From assembly GCA_035251915.1 (NCBI GenBank), contig DATFDU010000102.1, forward strand, positions 1 to 42,390: a DNA stretch of 42,390 nucleotides. Direction: 5' to 3'. Below the pieces are notes generated by a model. The model did not search any database. It was not told the origin of the DNA and saw only the letters and a list, made by a program, of their open reading frames with translations. Origin of the DNA: Dongiaceae bacterium. Lineage in GTDB: Bacteria > Pseudomonadota > Alphaproteobacteria > Dongiales > Dongiaceae. Made by a program: the position numbers and the translations under genes. Positions 9,842 through 19,394 of the stretch are shown here, piece by piece; the first letter of the stretch is position 1; every line of letters starts with the position of its first letter.

Positions 9842-11119
9842 TTATCGGTTGGCGAACTGCTCCTTCAATTCCGTCCAGCGCTGCGCGCCGTCCTTCATCA
9901 CCTGATCGACGGGTGCCTCGCCGACCATCGCCTGCGCGAGCAGCGGCCGGAAATAAGCGGACCACACCGACGAGAACTCGGTGTAGGTGCCGGCCTTGGC
10001 GATCGAGGCCTGCTTGCCGAGCGCACCGACGTCGGCCCACTTGCTCCAGGCGGCGATCACGTCCTTGTCCTCGAACAACGGCAGCTGCCCGAAGCCGAGG
10101 CCCTTCTCAACCGCCCAGCGCTTGGCGACGGTGTAGGGCTTGCCCGCCATGAAGTTGACGAACTTCCAGGCGGCCTCGGCGCGGACCGGATCGGCCGCAG
10201 TCTTGGCCGTCACCACATACGACTTGGCAAAGCCGAGGGTCGCATGAGTCTCGCCCGGCATCGGCGCCAGCGCGAACTGGCCGGCGAGCGGTTGGGTCGC
10301 GGCGTCGTTCAGCGCGGCGAGCACGTAGGTATAGACAATCGTGAAGGCGTGCTTGCCCGTGTTCATGGCCGTGATGATGGTGGATTCGTGGTTGTCCGAC
10401 TGGACCAGGCCCTTGGAATAGGCATCGGCGATCCACTGCAGCTGCTTGTAGGCGCCGTTGTTAGGATCGGCGAACAGCGGATTGAGCTCGGCGTCAAACA
10501 GTTCCGCCCCGCGACCATAGGACTGGGCGACGAACGCGTCGTAGAAGTTGGGAAGCTCCTGGTTGTACTCGTAGATGATCGGCTTATCCATGCCGCCGGC
10601 CTTGAGCTTCTCGGCGGCTGCGGTCACCTCCTCCCAGGTCGTCGGCACCGCGATGCCGGCATCGGCCAGGATCTTCTTGTTGTAGATGAAGCTGATGGTG
10701 TCGGAATAGTACGGCAGGCCATAGACCTTGCCATCATAGGTCACGTCGGTGAGCGCGAAGCCGGCAATATCCTTCGACAGCTCCTCGACGGTTCCCTTCG
10801 GTGCGACTGATTCGAGCGGCGCGATGAAGCCCGCAGCGCCCCACGCCGGCAGCCAGTCCTGGCCGCCATAGACGACATCGGTCGGGGTATTGCCCCGGAT
10901 GCGCAGGATCAGGCTGTCGTGATAGTCGGGCCAGGCATAGTCGGTGACCTTCACCTTGATGCCCGGGTTGGCCTGCTCGAACTGCTTGACGTTGTCCTGA
11001 ATGGTTTCGAGCGAGTAGTTCCAGACGACGAATTCCAGCGTGAGATCCTCGGCCTGCGCGGATTGCACGGCAAAGCCGGACGCCAGGGCCAGAGCGGCCA
11101 GAAGCTTGCTGCGTTTCAT
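9842..11119 (-). CDS. CUT1 sugar ABC substrate-binding protein
   Basis: Start revised to MKRSKLLAAL (GGGAGG RBS); signal peptide ending AQA; FEQANPGIKV, DGKVYGLP, YNKKIL..AGI..PTTWEE motifs. Confidence 0.93.
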   Translation of the reverse strand: MKRSKLLAALALASGFAVQSAQAEDLTLEFVVWNYSLETIQDNVKQFEQANPGIKVKVTDYAWPDYHDSLILRIRGNTPTDVVYGGQDWLPAWGAAGFIAPLESVAPKGTVEELSKDIAGFALTDVTYDGKVYGLPYYSDTISFIYNKKILADAGIAVPTTWEEVTAAAEKLKAGGMDKPIIYEYNQELPNFYDAFVAQSYGRGAELFDAELNPLFADPNNGAYKQLQWIADAYSKGLVQSDNHESTIITAMNTGKHAFTIVYTYVLAALNDAATQPLAGQFALAPMPGETHATLGFAKSYVVTAKTAADPVRAEAAWKFVNFMAGKPYTVAKRWAVEKGLGFGQLPLFEDKDVIAAWSKWADVGALGKQASIAKAGTYTEFSSVWSAYFRPLLAQAMVGEAPVDQVMKDGAQRWTELKEQFANR

Positions 11120-11189
11120 GCTTTCCTCCCTGTCTCGCAGAGGTCGGCGGCCCCTCCCGGAGCCGCAAGGCAGGCGTTGTAATTCTTCG

Positions 11190-11240
11190 TTGACACCCGC
11201 GCCTGCTGGTTGGACTCTATGGACCACTTTGGATCAATTG
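11190..11240. promoter_or_regulatory. Divergent promoter region of module A with candidate FadR/GntR operator repeats
   Basis: TTGACA at 11190-11195; TGGAC/TGGAT repeats at 11211, 11220 and 11230 within TGGTTGGACTCTATGGACCACTTTGGATCA. Confidence 0.45.
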
Positions 11241-11363
11241 CAACCATTTTGTGGAACAAGGGCCGATGCTCCGTAGTCCAATCTCCGTCCGGTCGCCGCT
11301 GGCGCTGCAGCGGGCGGACGGGTATCCGTTCGTGACCTTAGGAGCCCGAATCATGGTGCGTCG

Positions 11364-12143
11364 ATGCGCTGGGAAGAACTGACCTCCGCCGAGATCGGCG
11401 CCCTGGATCGTGAGCGGACCGTGGTGATCCTGCCGCTGGGCTCGGTCGAGCAGCACGGCCACCATCTGCCGCTCGGCACCGACACAATGCTGGCCGAGGC
11501 TGTCTCGCTCGCGGCCGCCGAAGCCAGCGGCGGCACGGTCGTCATGCCGCCGCCTTGGTACGGTTTTTCAGCCCATCACATGCGGTTTCCGGGATCCGTT
11601 ACCTTGCGTGCCGAAACGCTGCTGGCGCTGGTCGAGGATGTGGTCGGCTCGCTGGCGCGGCACGGTTTCCGCCGCATCCTCATCGTCAACGGACATGGCG
11701 GCAACAACGGCCTGATCGATGTTCTCGCCTCGACCCTCGGCAACACGCACTACGGCACCGCGCGGATCGCGGCGCTCACCTACTTCACGCTGGCGCGCGA
11801 GGCGATCGGCAAGCTGCGCAAGTCGAAGCCGGGCGGAATGGGCCATGCGTGCGAGTTCGAGACCTCGATGGTGCAGCATATCCGGCCGGAGCTGGTGAAG
11901 ATCGAGCAGGCGGAAACCTGCTACCCCGATCCTGGCTCGCGCTATCTCACCACGGATCTGCTCGGGGCGCAGGCCATCCGGCTGTACCATGATTTCGGCG
12001 ACCTCTCGCCCACCGGCACGCTCGGCGACCCGGCCTTTGCCAGTCCCGACGCCGGCAAGGCGTTCTTCGCCGCCGTCACCGCTGAGCTCGCCGCCTTCAT
12101 CGCCGACTTCCGCGGCTGGTCCATTCCGGAGCGGCATCCGTGA
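11364..12143 (+). CDS. Creatininase-family metal-dependent amidohydrolase
   Basis: PLGSVEQHGHHLPLGTD, NGHGGN and GHACEFETS metal-ligand motifs. Confidence 0.94.
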   Translation: MRWEELTSAEIGALDRERTVVILPLGSVEQHGHHLPLGTDTMLAEAVSLAAAEASGGTVVMPPPWYGFSAHHMRFPGSVTLRAETLLALVEDVVGSLARHGFRRILIVNGHGGNNGLIDVLASTLGNTHYGTARIAALTYFTLAREAIGKLRKSKPGGMGHACEFETSMVQHIRPELVKIEQAETCYPDPGSRYLTTDLLGAQAIRLYHDFGDLSPTGTLGDPAFASPDAGKAFFAAVTAELAAFIADFRGWSIPERHP

Positions 12144-13141
12144 CCGGACGGCTGAAGGTCGGCGTCATCGGGCTCGGCTTCTTCGGCAGCCGGCACGCCC
12201 GCGTCTATCAGGAGCATCCCGTGGCCGACCTGGTCGGCGTCGCAGAGCTTGATCCGGTGCGGTTGGCCGAAACCGTCGAAGCGACCGGCGCGCAGGGCTA
12301 TCCCGATTATCGCGCCCTGCTGGCACGACCGGAGCTCGAGGCCGTCAGCATCTGCCTGCCCGATCGCCTGCACGAGGAAGCAGCCATCGCCGCGGCCCAG
12401 GCGGGCAAGGCAATTCTGCTCGAGAAGCCGCTGGCCCACACCGCCGAGGCGGCGCGCAGGATCGTGGCCGCCGCCGAGCGGAGCGGTGCACGGCTGATGA
12501 TCGGCCACATCCTGCGCTTCGATACGCGCTATGTGCAGGTCTTCCATGCCGCCCGGCCGGAGACTCTCGGCCAGCCGATCCATCTGCGCGCCAAGCGCAA
12601 TGGGATCCGCTCGGTCGCGCGCCGGCTGGGCGCGAGCTCGTCGATCCTGTTCTACATGGGCGTCCATGATGTCGATGCGATGCAGTGGATCGGCCGTTCG
12701 AAGATCACGCGCGTCTATGCGCAAAAGCAGGAGATCCTCGGCAGCGGCAACGAGGACGCGCTCTACGCCGTGCTCAACTTCGAGAACGGGGCGATCGGCA
12801 GCCTCGACTATTCGTGGGCCTGGCCCGACGGGCTGATGAACGGCTTCCGCGCGGCATTCGAGATTGTCGGCACCAGGTCGGCGGCCGCGCTCGACGTGTC
12901 CGACCAGGGACTGAACTTCGTCACCGACGACGGAACGACAGGCGGCGATACCCATCTCTGGCCGGAGATCAACGGCCGGATCGCCGGCGGACTGGCCGAT
13001 GAGATCGGCCATTTCGTGACCGCGACCTTGTCCGGCACGCCCTACCGTCAGCACTACCGCGAGGCGTTCGATGCGATTCCCGTGCTGGACGCACTGGCGG
13101 AGTCCGCGCGCAGCGCCCAACCGGTTGACGTGCTGCGATGA
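12140..13141 (+). CDS. Gfo/Idh/MocA-family NAD(P)-dependent oxidoreductase
   Basis: GLGFFG, LEKPLA, GHILRFD, GVHDVD; 4-bp overlap with the upstream gene. Confidence 0.94.
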   Translation: MTGRLKVGVIGLGFFGSRHARVYQEHPVADLVGVAELDPVRLAETVEATGAQGYPDYRALLARPELEAVSICLPDRLHEEAAIAAAQAGKAILLEKPLAHTAEAARRIVAAAERSGARLMIGHILRFDTRYVQVFHAARPETLGQPIHLRAKRNGIRSVARRLGASSSILFYMGVHDVDAMQWIGRSKITRVYAQKQEILGSGNEDALYAVLNFENGAIGSLDYSWAWPDGLMNGFRAAFEIVGTRSAAALDVSDQGLNFVTDDGTTGGDTHLWPEINGRIAGGLADEIGHFVTATLSGTPYRQHYREAFDAIPVLDALAESARSAQPVDVLR

Positions 13142-13205
13142 CGCCAACCGCCAACGCTCACCGATCGATTTGGCCGTCCGCCGGCCGCAACGAGGGACCG
13201 TATTG

Positions 13206-13943
13206 ATGACCGCGACTGCCACACTTGCGCAAACGACCGGCGTAAGCACCAACGACCGAGCGACGCCATCGCTGGTCTACCGCGCCCTGCTGCGGAGCAT
13301 CAAACAGGGTTTGATGGTGCCGGGCGCCAAGCTGCCGAACGAACGCGATCTGGCGCAGCAGCTGAATACCAGCCGCACCGCGGTGCGCAGCGCGCTTTCG
13401 ATGATGGAGCGCCAAGGACTGGTCCGCCGCCGCGTCGGCAGCGGCACCTTCCTGACCGAGGATGCGCGCGACGTGTTCGAGCGCATGGACCAGACCGAGC
13501 AGGGCGACCATGACTCCGTGCCGTCGTTCGCAGAGATCGTCGAGGGGCGCCTGCTGTTCGAGCCGGCGATGATGCACCTGGTCATCCGGCGGGTCGAGGA
13601 GCGGGAGATCGCGGAGATGCGGCGCATCCTGGAAGCGGTGCTCGGCGCGCCGACCTGGGAGGACTTCAAGGAAAGCATCTACGCGCTGCACCGCCAGATC
13701 TTCGCCTCGACCAAGAACAAGTTCCTCGAGCAAATCATGGCTTCGATCCTCGACGACCGCCGCGCGGTCCTGTTCGACGGACGCAACACCGACAAGCCCG
13801 CACCCGACCTGGTGCGCCAGCAGACTCACAGGGAACTCCGCGCCATCGTCGATGCCATCGCCGACCGCAACGGCAAGCGGGCGGAGAAGCTGGTCTCCGA
13901 TCACCTGCTCCGTACCCTTGCGACCATCAATATCTGGCAATGA
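13206..13943 (+). CDS. GntR-family (FadR/FCD) transcriptional regulator
   Basis: PGAKLPNERDLAQQLNTSRTAVRSAL...RVGSGTF wHTH followed by helical FCD-like domain (EGRLLFEP, ALHRQI); start approximate. Confidence 0.9.
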   Translation: MTATATLAQTTGVSTNDRATPSLVYRALLRSIKQGLMVPGAKLPNERDLAQQLNTSRTAVRSALSMMERQGLVRRRVGSGTFLTEDARDVFERMDQTEQGDHDSVPSFAEIVEGRLLFEPAMMHLVIRRVEEREIAEMRRILEAVLGAPTWEDFKESIYALHRQIFASTKNKFLEQIMASILDDRRAVLFDGRNTDKPAPDLVRQQTHRELRAIVDAIADRNGKRAEKLVSDHLLRTLATINIWQ

Positions 13944-13966
13944 CGTGGCGCTGCGCGGCGGGGCGC

Positions 13967-15472
13967 CTATGCGAGGTATCGCTGTCTCAAGTGACGAATG
14001 TAGGGTGCGTGGTCCAGCGGACGGCTGGTCGCCCGGCCCAGCAGCTCGTCCCTTCCAAAGCGCCGGCCATGCCACCACACGTTTTCCCGCAACCAGGAAG
14101 AGAGCGGGCCGACCTCTCCTTCCTCAAGCGCAGCGCGCACCTGGGGCGATGCACCGCACGCCGCTTCGAAGAGCTGTGCCGCCATGATGTTGCCGACCGT
14201 GTAGGTGCAGAAGGAGCCGACCAGCCCGGCAGCCCAGTGCGCATCCTGCAGGCAGCCCTCGCGGTCATTCGGCACGTCGAGACCCAGGTTTGCGCGCACA
14301 TGCTCGCGCCAGACCGCGGGAAGATCGCGCGCCGCCAGAGAGCCGTCCAGCAAAGCGGCCTCGATCTCCACCCGCATCATGACGTGGAAGTCGTAGGTCA
14401 CCTCGTCCGCGTCCGTCCGGATCAGGCCCGGCGACACTCGCGTGATGGCCGCAAGGAACTCGTCCAGCGGCACCGACGCGAAGACCGGAAAGGCCGCTAC
14501 CAGATCGGGATAGCGATGGCGCCAGAAGGCTGCACTGCGGCCGACATGATTCTCGAACAGGCGCGACTGCGATTCATGCGCGCCGTAGCTGGTACCGCCG
14601 ACGGCATAAAGCCCGAGCAGGTCGGTCGCGAAGATCGATCGCGTGAAGGACGGATCGATATTCTGCTCATAGAGACCGTGGCCGGCCTCATGCAAGGTGC
14701 CGAAGATGGATTGCGCGATGTGGTTGGGCTTGAACCGCGTGGTGATGCGGACATCCTCGCGCGTGAAGGAGATCTCGAACGGATGGACCGTCGGATCGAT
14801 GCGGCCGCGCTTGAAGTCATAGCCGATCACCGCGGCCAGGCGTGCCGACAGCGCCATCTGATCGGCCGACAGGAAGTCGCCGGACAGCACGTCGCGCTGT
14901 GCCGGCCGCGCTTGTGTCGTCGCGAGGATGCGCGTCAGCTCCGGACGCAGTTCGCCGAACAGTGCGCGCAGACTCGCCAGCGTCTCGCCCGGCTCGTACA
15001 GGGCGACCAGCGCGTCATAGGGATGCTCCGACCAGCCGAGCGCATCGGCCAGCGCCCGCGCCAGCACCATGGTCTCCGCCAGCAACGGCTCGAACGAGGC
15101 GAAATCATCCCGCGCTCGCGCATCGATCCAGGCCTGCGTGGCGGATGCCTGCAACCTCGCCCGGCGCTCCACCAGCTCGGCCGGTATGCGCCGATGCGCA
15201 TCGACCGCAGCGCGCACCTGGCGGACGGCGGCGCGGTCGATCTCCGCCGCGCCGGCGACCGCCACTTCGCGCTCCGCAGCTTCCAGCCGGCGCATCATGT
15301 CGTCGTCACAGGCAAGGTCGCGCGCGAGGCGCGTGAGCGTGGCGATCTGCCGGCCGCGCGCGGCGGCAGCGCCGGAGGGCATCATGGTCCGCGAATCCCA
15401 AACCAGCAGATTGACGGTCGTCAGCAGGTCGTTGATGGTGCCGATCCGTTCCTTGAGCGGCTCGAGGCTCAC
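13967..15472 (-). CDS. M32-family metallocarboxypeptidase
   Basis: WD..TMMP, HPF, DVRITTR, LHEAGHGLYEQ (HEXXH), HESQSR, IRTDADEVTY, GCLQDAHW; GTG start overlapping the upstream stop (GTGA); no signal peptide. Confidence 0.95.
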   Translation of the reverse strand: MSLEPLKERIGTINDLLTTVNLLVWDSRTMMPSGAAAARGRQIATLTRLARDLACDDDMMRRLEAAEREVAVAGAAEIDRAAVRQVRAAVDAHRRIPAELVERRARLQASATQAWIDARARDDFASFEPLLAETMVLARALADALGWSEHPYDALVALYEPGETLASLRALFGELRPELTRILATTQARPAQRDVLSGDFLSADQMALSARLAAVIGYDFKRGRIDPTVHPFEISFTREDVRITTRFKPNHIAQSIFGTLHEAGHGLYEQNIDPSFTRSIFATDLLGLYAVGGTSYGAHESQSRLFENHVGRSAAFWRHRYPDLVAAFPVFASVPLDEFLAAITRVSPGLIRTDADEVTYDFHVMMRVEIEAALLDGSLAARDLPAVWREHVRANLGLDVPNDREGCLQDAHWAAGLVGSFCTYTVGNIMAAQLFEAACGASPQVRAALEEGEVGPLSSWLRENVWWHGRRFGRDELLGRATSRPLDHAPYIRHLRQRYLA

Positions 15473-16536
15473 GGCATTCCTCCGATCCGGGCGTGAACCG
15501 GTTCCTCGGCCTCGGCCTGCACGGCGGTCGGTCTCAGCGTACCTGCCTCCAGGTGGCAGGCCGCGAGATGATGAGCACCGCGCCCTTCCAGCGGTGGTCG
15601 CTCGACCCGGCAGCGATCCATCACGTAGCGGCAACGGGGATGGAACGGACAGCCGGCCGGCAGCGCCAGCGGACTCGGCAACTCGCCGCGCACGGCGTCG
15701 ATCACCGAGCGGCGTGCCGGATCCAGCTCCGGCGCCGCCTTCAGCAGCGCCTCGGTATAGGGGTGGGCCGGCGCACGGAATAGGGTCTCGGTCTCCGCCA
15801 GCTCCACGATCGCGCCGAGATACATGACCGCGACGCGGTGCGAGATATGCCGGATGAGACGCAGATCATGCGCGATGAACAGGATGGTAAGGTGCAGCCG
15901 CTGCTGCAGCTCCAGCAGCAGGTTGATGATCTGCGCCTGGACCGAGACGTCGAGCGCCGAGACCAGCTCGTCCGCGATCAGGCAATCCGGCTCCACCGCC
16001 AATGCGCGCGCAATGCCGATGCGCTGGCGCTGTCCGCCGCTGAACTCGTGCGGATAGCGTTCGGCCGCATCGGCCGGCAGGCGCACCAATTCGAGCAGTT
16101 CGCTCACCCGCTCCGGCACCGCGCCGCCGACGCGCAGGCCGTGGAACTGGATCGCCTCCGTCAGCGTCTGGCGCACGGTCATGCGCGGATTGAGCGAGCC
16201 GTACGGATCCTGGAACACCATCTGGACCCGGCGGTGATAGTCGCGCCGCGCCGCGCCCGCAAGGGTCAGCACATCCCTGCCATCGTAGGTGATGGTGCCT
16301 GCGCTTGGCGTGTTGAGCCGGACCAGGCAGCGGGCGAGCGTGGACTTGCCGCATCCGGATTCGCCCACGATGCCCAGCGTCTCGCCTCGCGCGACGGAGA
16401 AGCTGACACCGTTGAGCGCGTGCACAATGCGGGCCGGCCGGCCTGACAGGCGCTCCATCACGGAACGCGGCCGCTTGAACCGCATGTGCAGGTCGTCGAC
16501 CCGCATGACCGGCCCCGTGATGGGCGCCACGCTCAT
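15469..16536 (-). CDS. Dpp/Opp ABC ATPase (DppF-like)
   Basis: GESGCGKST, YPHEFSGGQRQR, C-terminal GCPFHPRC...C...AC. Confidence 0.94.
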   Translation of the reverse strand: MSVAPITGPVMRVDDLHMRFKRPRSVMERLSGRPARIVHALNGVSFSVARGETLGIVGESGCGKSTLARCLVRLNTPSAGTITYDGRDVLTLAGAARRDYHRRVQMVFQDPYGSLNPRMTVRQTLTEAIQFHGLRVGGAVPERVSELLELVRLPADAAERYPHEFSGGQRQRIGIARALAVEPDCLIADELVSALDVSVQAQIINLLLELQQRLHLTILFIAHDLRLIRHISHRVAVMYLGAIVELAETETLFRAPAHPYTEALLKAAPELDPARRSVIDAVRGELPSPLALPAGCPFHPRCRYVMDRCRVERPPLEGRGAHHLAACHLEAGTLRPTAVQAEAEEPVHARIGGMP

Positions 16537-17528
16537 CGCTGCGCCACCTTGCGATGCTGGATGCAGGCGGTCCCGTGCATCGGTGCGATGTCGACCAGCG
16601 GCGGCGGCGCCACGCTGCAGTCCGCCACGACGAACGGGCAGCGCGGCGCGAAAGCGCAGCCGGGCGCGCGATTGGCAAGGCTTGGCGGCTGGCCAGCGAT
16701 CGAGCTCAGCGGCTGGCGCAGCGCACCGCCGCGCGGCACCGAGTTCAACAGGCCGAGGGTGTAGGCGTGGCGCGGCCGCTCGAAGATCTCGGAGACCGGA
16801 CCAGACTCAGCAACGCGGCCGGCATACATCACGGTCAGCCGATCGCAGGTCTGCGCAATCACGCCGAGATCGTGCGTGACCAGCACGACGCTCATGTTAA
16901 GATCGCGGCGCAACCGCAGGATCAGCTTCAGGATCTGATCCTGGATGGTCACGTCGAGCGCGGTGGTGGGCTCGTCCGCCAGCAGGAGCTGAGGCTCGGA
17001 CGCCAGGGCGATGGCGATCATGGCGCGCTGCCGCATGCCGCCGGAGAACTGGTGCGGATAGTCCTCGATGCGCGCCTTGGCCGCCGGAATGCCGACCAGA
17101 TCCAACAGCTCGATCGCGCGCGCCTGCCGTGCCGCGCCGTCGAGATCAGTGTGCTCCTCGAGATTCTCGCGGATCTGCGTGCCGACGGTGAGGACGGGAT
17201 TGAGCGCGCTCATCGGCTCCTGGAAGATCATCGCGATCTCCCCGCCCCGCACGCCGCGCACCTCCCGCTCGGCCATACGCAGGACATCGCGCCCGCGCCA
17301 CAGGACCTCGCCGCTGACCCGCGCCGGCGGCCTCACCAGGCGCAGGAGGGCGCGCAAGGTCAAACTCTTGCCTGAGCCGGATTCGCCGGCAAGGCCCAGC
17401 ACCTCGCCGGGCCGGACATCGAAGTCGACGCTGTCGACGGCGACCAGCTCGTGGCGCGGTGTCCCGAATGCGACGCGCAGGCCGCGCACCGACAATATCG
17501 GCTCAGGCACCTGCGGCGCGCTGTTCAT
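16533..17528 (-). CDS. Dpp/Opp ABC ATPase (DppD-like)
   Basis: Start revised to MNSAPQ (17528); [30 protein letters not shown]-terminal Cys cluster. Confidence 0.94.
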   Translation of the reverse strand: MNSAPQVPEPILSVRGLRVAFGTPRHELVAVDSVDFDVRPGEVLGLAGESGSGKSLTLRALLRLVRPPARVSGEVLWRGRDVLRMAEREVRGVRGGEIAMIFQEPMSALNPVLTVGTQIRENLEEHTDLDGAARQARAIELLDLVGIPAAKARIEDYPHQFSGGMRQRAMIAIALASEPQLLLADEPTTALDVTIQDQILKLILRLRRDLNMSVVLVTHDLGVIAQTCDRLTVMYAGRVAESGPVSEIFERPRHAYTLGLLNSVPRGGALRQPLSSIAGQPPSLANRAPGCAFAPRCPFVVADCSVAPPPLVDIAPMHGTACIQHRKVAQR

Positions 17529-18370
17529 CGGCGCCTCCGGAACAGGTCGGCCAGTCCGTCGCCAACCATGCTGAAGGACACGCCCGCGAGCACGATGGCG
17601 ATGCCGGGAAAGACCGAGATCCACCACGCCGTGCTCATGAAATTCTTGCCCTCGGCGATGATGACGCCCCACTCCGCCGTCGGCGGCTGCGCGCCGAGGC
17701 CGAGATAGCCGAGGCTCGACCCCAGCAGGATGGCGAGCGCCATGTCGGTCATCCAATAAACGATCGCCGGGGTGATCGCGTTCGGCAGCAGGTGGCGGAA
17801 GATGAGGCGCATCTCGCCATAGCCCAGGACGCGGGCGGCGGCGGCATAGTCGCTCTGCTTCTGCACGCGGATCTCGGCTCGCACCAGCTGGGCATAGAAC
17901 ACCCAGCCGATCGCGCTGACCGCGATATACATGTTGAAGAGCCCCGGCCCGAGCACCGCGACGATGGCAATGACAATCACCAGGAAGGGGAAGGTGATGA
18001 CGAGGTCGACCAGCCGGCCGAAGATGGCGTCCAGCCATCCGCCGTAGTAGCCGGTCAGCGTTCCGACGATCGTGCCGAACACCAGCGGGAAGGCCGTGGA
18101 GAAGACGGCGATCTGGATGTCGATGCGGGTCGCCCAGATCGTGCGCGACAGGATGTCCCGGCCGAAATTGTCGGTGCCGAACCAGTGCGCCGCGCTCGGC
18201 GGCTGCATGATCGCCTGGTAGTCGAAGGCGAGCGGATCGTAGGGCGAGAAGACACCCGGTGCGATCGCGATCACGATCAGCAGCCCGAGCATGGTGGCGC
18301 CGACCACCAAGGTCCAGCGCGGTCCGATCGCCCGGCCGATGGTCCCGGACGTGAGCGTGGCGAACGTCAT
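17525..18370 (-). CDS. Dpp/Opp ABC permease (DppC-like)
   Basis: HWFGTDNFGRD, RHLLPN, LGLGAQPPTAEWG, GDGLAD; start revised to 18370. Confidence 0.94.
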   Translation of the reverse strand: MTFATLTSGTIGRAIGPRWTLVVGATMLGLLIVIAIAPGVFSPYDPLAFDYQAIMQPPSAAHWFGTDNFGRDILSRTIWATRIDIQIAVFSTAFPLVFGTIVGTLTGYYGGWLDAIFGRLVDLVITFPFLVIVIAIVAVLGPGLFNMYIAVSAIGWVFYAQLVRAEIRVQKQSDYAAAARVLGYGEMRLIFRHLLPNAITPAIVYWMTDMALAILLGSSLGYLGLGAQPPTAEWGVIIAEGKNFMSTAWWISVFPGIAIVLAGVSFSMVGDGLADLFRRRR

Positions 18371-19305
18371 CAGTGGCTCACGCGTGGATCGAGCCACGCC
18401 TGCACCAGGTCCGTCACCAGGAATACCAGGGAGACCAGGATGGCGAGCACCAGCGTCATTCCCTGGATGACCGGATAGTCGCGACCGTAGATGGAATCGA
18501 TCAACAGTCGGCCGACGCCGGGAATCGCAAAAACCGATTCCGTGATGACCGCGCCGGCGAACAGCGTCCCGACGTTGAGCCCGAACAAGGCGACGGTCGA
18601 GATCAGCGCGTTGCGCAGCACGTGGCGGCCCAGCACCAGGCGATTACGCAGGCCCTTGGCGCGCGCGAAGTCGACATATTCGGCGTCCAGCACGTCGATG
18701 ATGCTGCTGCGCAGATTGCGCATCAGCACCGCGGAGAGGCTGAGCGCCAGGGTCAGCGCCGGCAGGAACAGGTGGTAGAGATTGTCGCCGAAGCTGTCGC
18801 CGAAGCCGCCGACCGGGAACCAGCGCAGCTTGGCCGCGAGAAAGGTCAGCAGAACGATGCCGATGTAGAACACCGGCATGGAAAGCCCGACCTGGAAGCC
18901 GGCGCGGATGGCGTTGTCGATCAGTGAATCCCGCCGTATGGCGCTGATAATCGCCATCGGGACCGCGAGGATCACCGCCAGCACGGCTGCGAATGCGGTC
19001 AGGAACAGGGTGACCGGCAGCCGATCCAGCACAAGCTGCATGACCGGCACCTTGAGGATGATCGAATCCCCGAGGTCGCCACGCAGGAAGTTCTCGAAGA
19101 ACAGGCCGAATTGCACCGGAATGGGCCGGTCGAGGCCGAGCTTGGCATTGATGCGCTCCACCGCCTCGTCGGTGGCATGGATGCCGAGCACAGCGCTGGT
19201 CGGGTCGCCAGGCAGGAGCCGGACCAGGACGAATATGACGACCATGATCAGGAAGAAGGTCGGCACGATCTGCGCCAACCTCACCACCACGTAATTCAGG
19301 CTCAC
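18370..19305 (-). CDS. Dpp/Opp ABC permease (DppB-like)
   Basis: LPGDP, LGLDRP, GDLG, ARAKGL, RHVLRNAL, RDYPVIQG, LDPRV. Confidence 0.95.
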   Translation of the reverse strand: MSLNYVVVRLAQIVPTFFLIMVVIFVLVRLLPGDPTSAVLGIHATDEAVERINAKLGLDRPIPVQFGLFFENFLRGDLGDSIILKVPVMQLVLDRLPVTLFLTAFAAVLAVILAVPMAIISAIRRDSLIDNAIRAGFQVGLSMPVFYIGIVLLTFLAAKLRWFPVGGFGDSFGDNLYHLFLPALTLALSLSAVLMRNLRSSIIDVLDAEYVDFARAKGLRNRLVLGRHVLRNALISTVALFGLNVGTLFAGAVITESVFAIPGVGRLLIDSIYGRDYPVIQGMTLVLAILVSLVFLVTDLVQAWLDPRVSH

Positions 19306-19346
19306 GCTTCCTCTCGGCTCCGCTTGGCGATGGCTGCCGGGCCGCC

Positions 19347-19383
19347 GGCGGCGCGGGCCGGTTCGATGCGGCCCGCGCGCGCC
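19347..19383 (-). terminator. GC-rich hairpin after DppA-like gene
   Basis: GCGCGGGCCG-gttcgatg-CGGCCCGCGC perfect 10-bp stem, extendable across a bulge. Confidence 0.6.
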
Positions 19384-19394
19384 CTACTCAGCAC

